Shown here piece after piece: positions 12,101 to 24,065 of a DNA stretch of 64,000 bases; positions within the stretch are counted from its first letter, which is position 1; the number at the start of each line of letters is the position of its first letter. This DNA comes from Amoebophrya sp. A120 (taxonomy: Eukaryota; Protista; Dinoflagellata), in contig CAJINV010000004.1 in NCBI GenBank assembly GCA_905178155.1, forward strand, positions 7,533,768 to 7,597,767, in the 5' to 3' direction. The notes beneath the pieces are model-generated. The model was not told where the DNA came from and did no database searches. It saw nothing but the letters and a program-made list of their open reading frames with translations. Made by a program: the position numbers and the translations under genes.

Positions 12101-13821
12101 TAGCAACGGTGAAGACCACTCATATTGTACCTCGGCTGATGGATCGTGCACGCGATAACGGCATTCAGCTCCTTCGCCAGCAATTTCAGTTCGTGAATCA
12201 GCTGAGACGCACTGTAGGAATCCAGACCTGATTAATTCATGCGATTCGGAGGTTTATTTTTTCGCCGAACTCAAAATATGAAATTTTTTGTATTGCATCT
12301 ATTGTTGCAGGTACAGCTGCTACTGGGCATATTTACAACGAATACATTTTTCTGCACAAACCTAAACCATCAGTACTACAACAGTACCTGAAGTCGGTTC
12401 GTCCAGAAACAGGATCGCGGGGTCAGTCACCAGCTCGCAAGCCGTGCTGGTTCGCTTCCGCTGCCCCCCGGAAACACCCTTGATCAAGTCATTGCCGACG
12501 TACACATGCTCACACACCTTCAAGCCAATCCCCTTCAACACGTGCTCAATTTTCCGCTCCCGCTCGTCCGCGTCCATCGTAGTCCTCAGTTTACAACTCA
12601 TTTCCACCGTCTCCCGCACGGTTTGCGTCGCGACCAACGCGTCGTCCTGAAACACGTACCCGACGGAAGACTGGACTTGCTGGATGGTCAACGGCTGCCC
12701 GTTGTACAGGATTCGTCCCTTCAAGCCCAGCCCGTGCCCGACGTTCCAGGGCGTGCGACCCGAAACGGCGTTATGCATTGCAAATATGTTTGGGTCTGGA
12801 AAAGTGTAAACTACTTGTCATGCAGATTCTCCATGACCCATGAGGTCTGGAATGCGGGACTTAGCATGACAGACTCTGCGAGGTCTCTGCCATTCCTATC
12901 CTACATGAGAAACTCCATGGTAACTTGGTCACAAGTGGACAGCTTTTGGTAATCATGCAACGCAGATTTTTACATGATTCAGATTTAGCATGACAAGTTG
13001 CTTCATTCGAGACCCAGACATTTTTGCATTTCATAGGCGTTCAGTAACGTGGATTTCCCGCACCCAGAGGGGCCCATGATGGCGCACACCTCGCCGGCGT
13101 ACAGCGTGGCGGAGACATCGGAAAGCAGATCTATCACAAGAAAAAAGTGTTACAGTTTGTGCTGCAGGAGCCGCAAGACAGAGAATCTGTGTCATGCCGG
13201 AAATGCTTGCGAGCCTCGTTTCCTACGTATTTCTCCTTCTGATCTTTGCATTACAAGTTTTCTCTGCCACACAGAAAAAATTTGTGATGCAGAAACTCCG
13301 ACAAATGTGTAACTGTAACATTTTTTTCTCGTGATAAAATCCAGGTCTTTTCCCGTGGACTTGTTCGTCACCGTGTAGGTTAAGTGGTCTATCAAATGTA
13401 AAAATGTCTGGGTCTGGAAAGTTGGAACTTGTGATGCTAACTTTGGACTCTAAAAAAATCTGTATTGCATGACCAGCAAGAGGAGCCACATTTGTGCAAC
13501 GCGAGGAGGGCATTTGTCATGCGGAAATGGCATCAGGAAGCTTTCCAAAAATCGGTGATGCTGGGTCATGCATTACAAGCATCATGGGTCATGCCAGACA
13601 AGCATGACAAGCCTTCCATTCTTCCAGACCCAGACATTTTTGCAATCCATATGGTCAAACGTCAAGCAATTTCGGCGAGGGTCGTAATTCGAAGACTGAT
13701 TGGAGTCCCGGGATGAAATCAAAGGCGATTTCTCACTATGCAACGAGGGAACCCCCGAGCTCGGGGCTCCTGGGCCGGAGTTTTTGCGGTTTTTAGCATT
13801 CATCTTGTTGGACGAGGCCAT
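9159..13821 (-). CDS. ABCG (White-family) half ABC transporter
   Basis: Walker A GPSGCGKS, Q-loop YVFQDD, signature VSGGQRKR, Walker B LFLDEPTSGLDS, H-loop IHQP, and an ABC2 membrane domain (ERNTFLRE, FSGLFVPPGNIPVWLAWIRY). Contains 9 introners and GT-AG introns 11937-12130 and 12228-12387. Confidence 0.93.
9367..9623. mobile_element. Introner family A
   Basis: Left end CAT (variant); DR TCGGC; DGP|NKGA. Confidence 0.88.
9684..9892. mobile_element. Introner family G
   Basis: TIR TATG..AGAAAAAAAGTT.GTCAC; DR CAGAT. Confidence 0.9.
10164..10387. mobile_element. Introner family H
   Basis: TIR TATGA.AGTGCACAAC.CCCCCTCCCC; DR AGAAG. Confidence 0.92.
10439..10700. mobile_element. Introner family A
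   Basis: DR CACGT; opposite orientation to 3551-3812. Confidence 0.92.
11208..11363. mobile_element. Introner family B
   Basis: DR AAGTT; AWN|LTRS. Confidence 0.9.
11631..11883. mobile_element. Introner family A
   Basis: DR GGCGG; HRGR|LIFHG. Confidence 0.92.
12772..13035. mobile_element. Introner family A
   Basis: DR GGCGT; STLLNA|VSGR. Confidence 0.92.
13132..13336. mobile_element. Introner family I
   Basis: TIR TATCAC.AGAAAAAA.TGTTACAGTT; DR AGATC/AAATC (synonymous mismatch). Confidence 0.88.
13390..13651. mobile_element. Introner family A
   Basis: DR TGGTC; LTFDH|LTYTV. Confidence 0.92.
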
Positions 13822-15195
13822 TTTGATTTTCGCGAAGCTAGAGCTAGAACAATGGGTGTTTATTCAATAAGTAGAACTAGAAAATTCAATTCGGTTTTCT
13901 TAAGTACGCGGTGGCCGCGACGAGAGCAATGCAATGAATAGGTAAAAGAACCAAAAGGTCAACAATGACTTGCTTGGATAATCAAATAGGTATACTTAAC
14001 CTGTACCTGTTGCTTGCAGATCGATGCAGCGAGGTAAAAAACAATAGCAAAAGCTACTAGCCCCTGATGTTGAAGTTTCGTTTGCTTAATCGAATGGAGA
14101 TAATGCTACTATCGGTGTGGTATTTGGTAAAAGGTAACTTCAAATAATTTGTTGAGTGATTATACCTTGATTTCCTATTCATATTAAAGTAGAATTCCGG
14201 TAGCAATTTACTCACTTCAGGACTCAGCTCAGGACAAAACCTTTTTGTCGTGGTTGTAAGTGTTGCCAGATCAATCGATTATTTTGATATTCGTCGTAGG
14301 GGACCACAAGACAGGTTATTTTCTGTGTATTTATTCAATTTATGCGATAATAGTGCTTCTGAGGAGCTTCGCCTCAAGGTTCCTCGACTGAGGATGAGGA
14401 AACACATCTTGATCCGATTCTTACTTTGCCCCCTCTCTGCAGCGGCGATGTCAGTCTGCCTCTACTGAGCGAGGATCTTGAACTACATCATAGTTGGTGT
14501 ACAGTCACATTCAATAGTTTATTTCCATACCGATTTTTCCTGAATGCGTCCTTGCCTGTGCCGACCGAAGGTGCGCATGCGTCCGTGTAGATCTTCGCAA
14601 GATTTGCACGGCAAAAATTGGATCCGTTTCATTTTATTTTCGTTGGATTTATTGTTTCAAATCACCGACAAGACCAAACTACCGTGATCTTTGTTCATCG
14701 TTGTGGACACAATTCGAATCTATTTCTGATAGACCAGCATATCAAAAAATTCTTTGGTGCAACTTCTTCCGCATTTATTAAAGTGCAATCTTGCTACTTC
14801 CCTAGTTGTACTTGTACAGAAGTTCACAACAAACGAAACTTCGTACTAAAAATCCTGATCCAAGAACGTTAACCGCGTGGTCAGATACTTATTGATTCAC
14901 TTATCATCCTCTTCGCCTCCGAATCCTCTTGGGTCGATGAAGTCTATGCTCTTGTATTGGCTTGAAAGAGAAGTGTAATGGTCTAGACCTCCCATAGTCA
15001 GTAGATTTTTTCAACACATGATTGCAAGAACTGATGGTTTGGACATTTTCATTTTTGCGTAAGAACAAGAACCAGGGTCGTAATGTACTACGACGTATCA
15101 TCTCAATAATTAGGCTATTAACCCGTGCTCCACATAGGAAACAATAACGAACTATGTAAAGGGTCGAAAATATAGGCGGTGGAACATCAACGCCA

Positions 15196-18100
15196 CTACG
15201 GGTCAAAGATCTCGTGCCGTTTCCTCCACAGTAAGAACGGGTGCGTCCGGTTCGCCGCTGCGACTGGCGGCCGTAAAAAGGAAATTTCTCTCGTCGGACT
15301 CGGCCCAAGCGGTCCTTCCGCTCCCACCCGCAGCGTGCAGACGAGTCGGTCTTGGAATTTGTGCAGCGGTGCGCGCTCCTTCTTCCTGCGGTGCTCTTTC
15401 ACGAGTAAATCTTGCGTGTTAAAATCCGATCGGATACAGGTCACCCCGCCGCAGATTTTTGGATCCAGCTTTGCACACAGCTGCTTTGCGCGCTTCAGGG
15501 AATACATGTTTGCGGCGGTGGTGAGGTGCGTGTAGGTTATGGAATGCAAATATGTCTGGGTCTGGAAGGATCATACCAGGTTTGTCATGCGTATTTTGCA
15601 TGACCCATGATGGCTGTCATGCATGACCTAGCATCTTCACAGACTTTTAGCGGGCTTCCTGATGACTTTTCCGCATGAGAAATGCCCTCCCCGCGTAGCA
15701 CGAACTGGACTCTTCTTGCTGGTCATGCAATACAGATTTCTTTAGAATCTAAAAACAGCATCACAAGTTCCACCCTTCCAGACGCAAACATTTTTGCAGT
15801 GCGTATACGTGAGGAGATACTGATTGCGGTGGACGGTCCAACCGTCCGGGATGATTTTCGTGTGGTCATCGACAAAATTCTCATCATTTATTTCCTGCTC
15901 GCCTACTGTGCCGGTGATCTTCTCTCGTCCTGTCGGAGACGTTGCTGCTCCTGCAGCACTTCTTTCTTTTTCCATTTCCTCCCGCTCCCCTCTTTGTGTC
16001 ACGTCGATTTCCTGCGGGCTGGCGTGGTAGAGCTTGACGAAAAGGTCCAAATCCTCGTCGCCGTCAATGCCACAGATATGAACTGCAAGAGTATCGTACT
16101 AGTGCGTAGTAATAGCATTAGCATTACAAATTGGCTCAGCATGACCAATGTAATTTGTCATGCTGTTTTGCCTTGGGATGGAGATTTGTAATGCATGACT
16201 GCGATTACTACAAGTACGATGCTTTTGCAATGCATAACAGAACACGTTCGACCACACTGGGTTCTCGTAGTCTTCGGACCAGAAGTCGTAGCTGATCGGG
16301 AAGAGTTCCGATCTCGTGATCAGAAAGCAGAAGTACCCGACCGTGTCCAGGAAGGCGATCACCGGGCGGAGGGACTCGTGCCACGCGTTTTTGCTGTATT
16401 CCAGCACGAGAAACTTGATCTGCTTCTCTTGAAAAAGCCGCTTGCTCTGTCGGATCACCAGGGGCTCGTAGCCCTCAATGTCCAGCTTCAGCATGAAAAC
16501 CGGGCGCTCCACGGGAAACGTGATGCCGTAAACGTTGTCCGTTTCCTCTTCTTGCTGGTTTTGCGAACCGGCGCTGGGGTCTTCGACCTGATTTTTTTTT
16601 CATGATGATGTTCACGACGTTTTCATTCTACCTATTTTGTGAACTTTCCAAGTGCGCTCTATCTGCCATCGGCACACCTCCAGCACTACTAATTCGCTTG
16701 GTTACTGCTCGCGCCCTGTCCCAATTCACCTCCTTGCGGCGCTCATCTATCTTGCGTTGTCGTAGAGCTTCTAGCATATTGCTTGCGTTCATTAAAAGGA
16801 TGTTTCTACTGCTACGTGAGCGACATATAAACAACGGACAACGAGTTCGAATGAAAATAGAACAGCGAGGTAAGTTCTATATGTTCAGCATCGCTGTCGA
16901 GAATTAGAAGCCAAAAGCCTCAATGCGATTCCGTGTTTTTCACCCCCGACCCAATTAGTGTGATGCATTGTCGCAAAAACAGTCGACCTGTCTATTGGTG
17001 ATCTCGTTCTGCCACAGATGCATGTTCACGCTGGTACAATCATCTACGCCCCTTTTCTTGGCGCCTCCGTGCTGGGACAGGACGAAGCGGTTGCTGAAAA
17101 CGTCCTGAACAGTGGCCTCCCCTCGAAAATGGGGTCCGGATAGCCATCCATCGCTAACTTCCTGATCAACGCCTTCTTGGATCAGTTTGGCATCCTCCTC
17201 CGCCGGGGGCTCTCTGTCGAAAAGCTCCAAACCACGCGGCACTTCGTGTGGAAGAAGGTCGGGCTCCTTGACAGGAGGGTCCTTCTTCTTCCAGCGCGGG
17301 TTTAGATGGGGCTTTCCGACAGCGTCGCCCCCCACGGGCAACAGTTCGTCCAAAATGTAGCTGTCTTCGAAGTTGACTTTTTCTGCGATGTCTCCCATTA
17401 GAGTGAGATTCTTCCCTTTGCAGATATTCGTCGCGTTTTCCCCGACCGGTTGGACCTGTTCGGCCCTCGCGCACGCATCTTCACGCAGCTTGAACTTTGC
17501 GTGTTTTTCTTCGACTTTGTCAAGCGCTCCTGGCTTGGCAAGTTCGCGAGTCATGTCGCGCACCGGCTTCTCAAGAAGTGGCTCGCGTTTCCGAATCCCC
17601 ACAAAGCGCTGAAAGCCAGCAAACATGATGCTTTTCTTGTTCAAGGAGGAATTGAAGAACGACTGGCCCCAATTGGAGAGGCTCTTCGATTTGTTAACGT
17701 TTTCGAAAAAGGTAAAAGTTAGGGCCGATGGGGCAGCTGTTTAACCGTGGTATGTGTTGTTCTCCTTATCTTTGGTGTGTTCCAAAACCCGGGACACTGA
17801 GTTTTTGATTGAATCGCGCGGAGAGCGTCGCTGTTTTTGTTTTCCTTATTATGAGTTTCATCTGTGAGTTGTCGGTCCTACCTGTGACCTGTGCTCTCTC
17901 CGAAGTTTTCAAACCGAACCGTGAAAGTTTTCCAAGATATGGGGTCGTCAACGTTGTATTTGCCTCAAGCAGTAAAAAATTTTCCGCGCGCCTTTTTTTG
18001 TATTTGATATCCATCATGTTGCACGCATATAGCCTCCCGCTACATTGCACACCGAATGAACTACCTAGCTTCTTCGCAGCACTTCTCAGTGGCTAAAGTC

Positions 18101-21100
18101 GGAGCTATCCGGCGCTGCTGCTCCACGGACTTGCCTCGGAGCGCCCCTGCAGCCTGGAGGTGCTGCAGCAGGTCCTCCTGCGGTCCAGCCGCTAGACAAT
18201 GGGCCTCAATCTGTGCAGGTCGGTCGGAGCCAAGGGCGCAAATGCAACCGGCCGCGGCTGCGTTTCCACTTGTTTCTAATGTCGCGCAGCCGTGCGCGCG
18301 TGTTCCGGCAGGCGCGCGCGCCTTTTGCCTTTGCGGCTCGTTCTTGAAAATGCGAAAAGCCAGAGAGCCTTTCGGAAAGGCTTCCCGGAGGGGTTCCGGG
18401 ACCCCTTTTGGGGAGGGGTAGCACCATCGTGATTCGAAGAAAAAGCGATAGGCTTTTTTTTAGGGTTCCGGGCACCCCTCCGGCCCTCCCTTTTTGGGAG
18501 GCCTCCGGAAAGGCCTTCGCGGCCAACATATGCGTGTGGTACCCGCTAGAGACGACGATGCCAGGGCCTGTGTAGACATCTCGTGGGGCGTCTGCAGCCT
18601 CACACCCTAACCCAGGCCATAGCGGCAAACGGCTGCACGGAGAAAGCAATCCGGAAAATGGAGCAAAATATTGCGCGCGCCCGGCGCTTTCTAAGTGAAA
18701 ACGCCAGCCACAAAAGAACCCTCTGCGCCCCGCCCTCCTCCGCGTCAATACTCACTTACCTATTAGAGCACTGTTGCTGACAAGCTAGCTAAAACATGGG
18801 GTCTTCGGCCTGATTTTTTTTTCATGATGATGTTCACGACGTTCTCATTCTACCTATTTTGTGAACTTTCCAAGATAATGCTATCGCGAGCGAGTCGTCC
18901 AGCCACTAGCAGGCACCTCCGCTTCTAGAATGATAGTTTTAGTTGCATTGCTTTTTTACGAAGATGCTCGATCCAAAAGGCGAAATAATCTAACATTACC
19001 AATGTTTGTTGGATTTTTACTTCTCTATTCGCCAAAACCAAGTACAACAATACCTCCCCCCCACTTTCCTTTTCTTTCGCTTCCGCCTCCAGCCTTTCTG
19101 TTGCTTCTTTCGCTTTTTCCGCCAAAAATTGCTCGTCGTCCCACGACGGCGTTTTTCCGGCCCGCTGGTGATTCCGATTTCTTCTCGACGTCCATCCGCC
19201 GCGGTGGTATATCACACAGAAAAAAGCAGGCAGGTCATATTTGTAATCGTAATGCGAAAAGGAATACACAAAAAGAACTGTATTGCATACAATCCTAAGC
19301 AGCATGCTATGAGGCCGCCCTTCTGTGTATTTATCTTTGCATTTACAAATCTGGTCTGCCTGCTTTTTTTCTGTGGGATATGGTAGCTGAAATGAAAAAC
19401 GCCGTGCTGGATCGCCGTTTCTAGAGTTATGACGTGCACTTGGTCTCTCGCCGTTCGTATGTCCGTGGTCTCATCGAAGAGCAGTGATCCAATTTCGTCC
19501 ACCGCGAACTCCGGGTTCGTCGCCATCCACTGCACGCCTTCCTTCTCCCCTAGTCCCGCTTCGATGCCGTACCACGCGAAGAGCTCGTTGTGCGTCACAA
19601 AATCGTGCTTCAACAGCGACTTAAAGTTTCGCGGGTTCGGCTCAATCGACAAGACTGCGAGGTCCACGGAGTAATGAACCGGGCAGACGATGCAGTCCTT
19701 CACATTTTTCAGCGACTTGCTGTAAATGTGCTGCCCCAAGCGCCCCAGCATGTTGAACCTATCAAATGTAAAAATGTATGGGTCTGGAAGAATCCAACTT
19801 GTCATGCTGCTTTTGGATTCTAAAAAAATCTGTATTGCATAAGCAGCAAAGAGAGTCCAAGTTTTGCTACACGGAAAGAGCATTTGTCATGCGGTATAGG
19901 CATCAGGAAGCCCTCACAAAATCTGTGATGCTAGGGCATGCATCACGATCACCGACATCAGGAGTCATGCAAAATGTGCATGACAAACCTGGCAATCTTC
20001 CAGACCCAGACATTTTTACATTTGATAGAACCACGCGAGGGTCGATTTCCCGACGTTTGCGCCGCCGTCGACGAAGAGCCCGGGGAGGATGGTGATTTCC
20101 TTATTCCCAATGGAGCTGGAGGTAAATTCGAACCTTCTCTTCAGCAGATCATACAAATACGCCAACACCGGTAAGAGCGTTTCCGCGTCCGCGCAGCCGA
20201 GGTTGGCCGTTGCGAAGTTCGTGTCTAACCGGTCCCGACCGTTGATACAGCCGGATTCCTCGTCGCAGTAGCTAGAGAGGTATTCGTACCACCGGATTTT
20301 TCCCAGCTTATCAAATGCAAAAATGTCTGGGTCTGGCTCTGGAAGGTCGGAACTTGTGATGCTACATTTGGATTCCAAAAAAATCTGTATTGCATGAACA
20401 GCAAAGAGACCAAATTTTGCAGCACGGAAAGAGCATTTGTCATGCGGAATAGGCATCAGGAAGCCCTCTAAAAATCTATGATGCTAGGGCATGCATCACA
20501 GACTTGAGGAGTCATGCAAAATGTGCATGACAAAGCCGGCAATCTTGCAGACCCAGACATTTTTACATTTGATACAGCTCGTGGAACATCAATTTCCGTC
20601 TTTTCAGCATCTGGTTCGTTTCTGCAACCGACATGATCGGAAGATATTTCTTCCCTTCGTCAGGCAGAGACAGGACATCGTCCTCCGGGAGCGGATTCCT
20701 CGCGATAAAGGCCGCTGCGGGGTTGGTGTCGGCGTCTTCTTGTTGAAACAGCGCTTCGTCATCTACAAGGTCGTGGGAACTTTCCGTCGCGGTATTTCTT
20801 GATTTATTTCCCTCCTCGCCCTCTTCCTCCTGAAATTGGCTTGTACTACCCGTTGCAGGAAGGTATTCAGACACCGTGTTGCCGCCGAATAAAAGCTCGC
20901 TGGACTGTCGGGAGGTGTGGTTCTCCTCGTCGCTGTCGTCGCAGTTGCACTGCATATTACCGGCATCATCTGTTGTATCAGAAGAATCGGCGGCTGTAGT
21001 CTTTCTCTTACTGCCAGTTCTAAAGGCGCCAGTACTTGTTCTACGCGTCGTCGCAGCCGAAAGCGATGCCTTTGACCCGTGGTACCACGCCGGCAAAACA

Positions 21101-23290
21101 TTTTCCGTCCCCACAGACTGCAAGAACAGCTCCGATTCGATCGACGGCTGGGGGAGTTGTTTATCACTGTTGTCCAGTAGAAAGAATTTCGAGTTTCTGT
21201 CTGCTTCTTGTTCTCTGTCGAACAACCCGATCCTTCTCCCCAATTTCCTCCGTATGTCAAAGAAGAACGCCATGAAGAAAATTCCGCTCTGCCAGTCGAA
21301 GATATCGGCCGCGGACACCTCGTCCAGACTCGCTTTTCCGGTCCCGACCAAATACCGGTGCATCTTATACCTATCCTGATCGCTGATTGATTTCAAGATG
21401 TTTGGTATTTCCGGGATTTTATACGTCGGAAGGAAGACCGCGAACTTCGTCCAGGGGACAACTTGGTCCAGTGGTGGCTGGAAATCGTCGGAAACGATGA
21501 CGGGGATACAGCCGTGCACCATGACGTCGATCATCCTGACGTTGTTCGTATGCGACGACCCGCAGAGCACCATGCAGAACTTCGAACGATACATCAAGTC
21601 CTGGTACTCCTCGTTGTTCTTCGTGAAGTTCATCACCTTGAAATTCTCCACGTGCTCCAGTTGCTTCACCGCTTCTCGTCGCGCGCAGCTGTTCGGCGAC
21701 CCTGCGAAAAACAGGTCGACGTCCCGGCCATAGGGGTTCATATGAACTGCAAAAGTATCGTACTCGTATAAATGCATCACAAATTTCCTCAGCATGAGAA
21801 GTAAAATTTGTAATGCTGATTTGCTCTAAGAGAGAGATTTGTAGTGCATGATTGCAATACGAGTAAGTACGATACTTTTGCACAGGATAGTTCATACTCG
21901 CAGTTGACTTCGTGAACCTGGTTGGGATCGAGATCACCGTGTCGTACCAGTATTGGACCCGGTCTATCGTATTTAAAAACGTCCCCACCCCATAGTTCTT
22001 GTAATGCAAATCTGCATGCTGAGCATGTTTCTCATGCGGAGCCCCATGAGAAGCATTTTCTGGTCGTGTTTTGGAAAAATTTGTCATGCTCCAATCAGCA
22101 TGGTATACTAGATCTGTGATGCTGCTCAGCTAGCTCAAACAACACTACACTACGAGTCCGGATTTGTCATGCAAAACACCCAAAACTTGTTGATTTGTCT
22201 AGCAGATTCTCCATCTTGACTATGGGGTGTGGGCCCCGTTTTTACGTAGGATACGGTCGGGGAAAATCTCATTCGCAACAACTACGTGTTCCGTGTCGAT
22301 CTTCCAACACGAATCCGGGTGGTGATTCGTGAAACTCGGCTGCTTATGACAGTGCACAACTCCCCCTCCCCCTCATTTGTCATGCAAAACCGCAAATCCA
22401 AGTGCTTCCCTGTGGCACTGTTTGCATGACAGATTTTTCCGGAAGCCCAAACAATACTACACTACGCGCATGAATTTGTCATGCACAGGATCCGTGTGTC
22501 TTGCTGCTCATGCAACACAAATGAGGGGGAGGGGGGGTTGTGCACTTTCATACTGCTCCGCGCCCGTGTAGAAGTGTTTGTGGATCCACTCCGGGTGCCC
22601 CGCGAGTTGCCCGACGGACCACTCCTGCAAATACGGGGCGGCGCGCTGGAAGTCCTGGCGCCCGAGGTCCATGGAAAACACCGTCCAGAAATTTTTCCCG
22701 TTGAATTTCTGGTGTAGCGGGTGAAGCCGCGTCCACCGGAGGAGGGGGACCAAATAGTCTGCCTCCGCTTTCGCGATCGCCGCCCAGTGCTCCATCCCGA
22801 GATCGAGTTTGAACACGAAATACACCCGGGAAACGCAGTGGGGAAAAAAAATGAAGCTCGCGTCCTCGGCGGTCGGCGCTTCAAATTGCCGGTTTTCGTC
22901 AAAGACATGGGCGAAAAACCACTCCATGGAGTACTGAAACCCGAAATACTCGCACGGCGCGTACTCGTGCACCCAATTACTCAAGTTCGGGACGCAGTGG
23001 GGCTGGAAAATCGTGTCCGGCTCGGAATTGTTGCAGGGTGGAGGGAAGTTTAGTGAGTAGAACATCTCGTGCATCGAAGCCCGCTTCACCGGGTCAATGG
23101 CGAATTTCCAGGCGGCGACTTTTCGGACGAGGGTGGAGAGGGGGAGGAGAAGGAGAAAGGTCGCGAGGGTGGACGCTGTAGTTTTCTTGGGCAGCAAGTT
23201 CTGGTGCGAAAAATTTGCGCACTTGTGTGCACGACTGGGCATTGTCGTGCTGCGCCGACGCCGCCCTCTCGGAGGTCTGGGAGCTGCCAT
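15196..23290 (-). CDS. Exostosin-family (GT47) glycosyltransferase fused to an FkbM-type SAM methyltransferase
   Basis: N-terminal hydrophobic anchor. GT47 motifs SKFCMVLCG and GCIPVIVSDDFQPPL. FkbM motifs VDGGANVG, IEPNPRNF and LKLDIEGYE. One frame after removing 8 introners and GT-AG intron 16588-19053. Confidence 0.8.
15538..15805. mobile_element. Introner family A
   Basis: Right end GTA (variant); DR TAGGT/TACGT (synonymous mismatch). Confidence 0.85.
16077..16236. mobile_element. Introner family B
   Basis: DR ACAGA; NVFC|GIDG. Confidence 0.92.
16653..18796 (-). mobile_element. 2.1-kb insertion with a truncated reverse-transcriptase-like ORF (DIRS/Ngaro-like), inside a GT-AG intron
   Basis: Flanked by a 78-bp direct duplication (16575-16652 and 18797-18874, 2 mismatches). 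ORF 16955-17644 has EVSDGWLSGP..SNRFVLSQ..KKRGVDDCTSVN and no YxDD. Confidence 0.55.
19210..19380. mobile_element. Introner family D
   Basis: TIR TATC.CACAGAAAAAAGCAGGCAG; DR TGGTA. Confidence 0.9.
19760..20027. mobile_element. Introner family A
   Basis: DR GAACC; LAWF|NMLG. Confidence 0.92.
20309..20574. mobile_element. Introner family A
   Basis: DR CAGCT; FHEL|GKIR. Confidence 0.92.
21741..21889. mobile_element. Introner family B
   Basis: DR GTTCA; ASMN|PYGR. Confidence 0.92.
21965..22253. mobile_element. Introner family C
   Basis: DR CGGTC; FPDR|VQYW. Confidence 0.9.
22345..22552. mobile_element. Introner family H
   Basis: DR CTGCT; GAEQ|PSFT. Confidence 0.92.
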
Positions 23291-24065
23291 TTTCAGGACG
23301 AGGACCCGGTTTAAGCAGGCAACTCGTGTGGGGCGGAAATGCGAACGCGCGCGTCTTCCTAGCGCGGTGCCCCGTATAAGTCTGTCTGGCGATGAAAGAG
23401 GCTACGAGTCGGCCATCCTGGTCTTCGGGTGATTCAATCCTCGGAGCAGCTTCCAAGCGATTTCTCAGGCTGCTAGTACCGGCTGCCCATGTGGTCCATA
23501 ACTTTTGCGTGCTCGTGGGGCGAAATTGAAGATCTCGTCATGCGCAAGCACGGATCCTTGTGGTCTTTGTCTTTCTTTGTACATTTAGTACTTCCTTCAC
23601 ATCGTCAGAGCCACGAAGTGCACATGTCACAGCACGATCGCAGGGAAAAAGCTTGAAGAGGATCTCAAAGTAAGAGGATAGATTGTAAACAGAAGGTCAA
23701 AATGCTGAAAACAAAAAACCGAGCTGCTCTTCGAGCGAATGGAGCCGCCGAGAGAAAAATACTATAGATGAAAAAGCGAAGTGGCAGTTGAACGAAACAC
23801 AAAAAGCCAAACCACCGACAAAAAACGGTAAACAAATATCATGGGCGAACCCGTTCATAATCCAGAACACACGGATCCGGGTGCAGGGGCTTCACAGAAT
23901 TCTACAAACCGATGACAGATCTTACGTCGGAAAGACCGCACTGCCTCAGCTGCCGGCACGTCGAACAAAACCAGGAAACCTCAAAAAAACGCAGGTAGTC
24001 GGGCGACAGATGACTTGCAGTTGAAATTGATTGCAGTGCTGCCGTTCAACATCCGCTAGAAGAAG

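Noticed and set aside
16955-17644. This ORF as the autonomous introner transposase
   Set aside because: It looks RT-like rather than DDE-like, is truncated, and its insert lacks TAT/ATA TIRs and a 5-bp DR.
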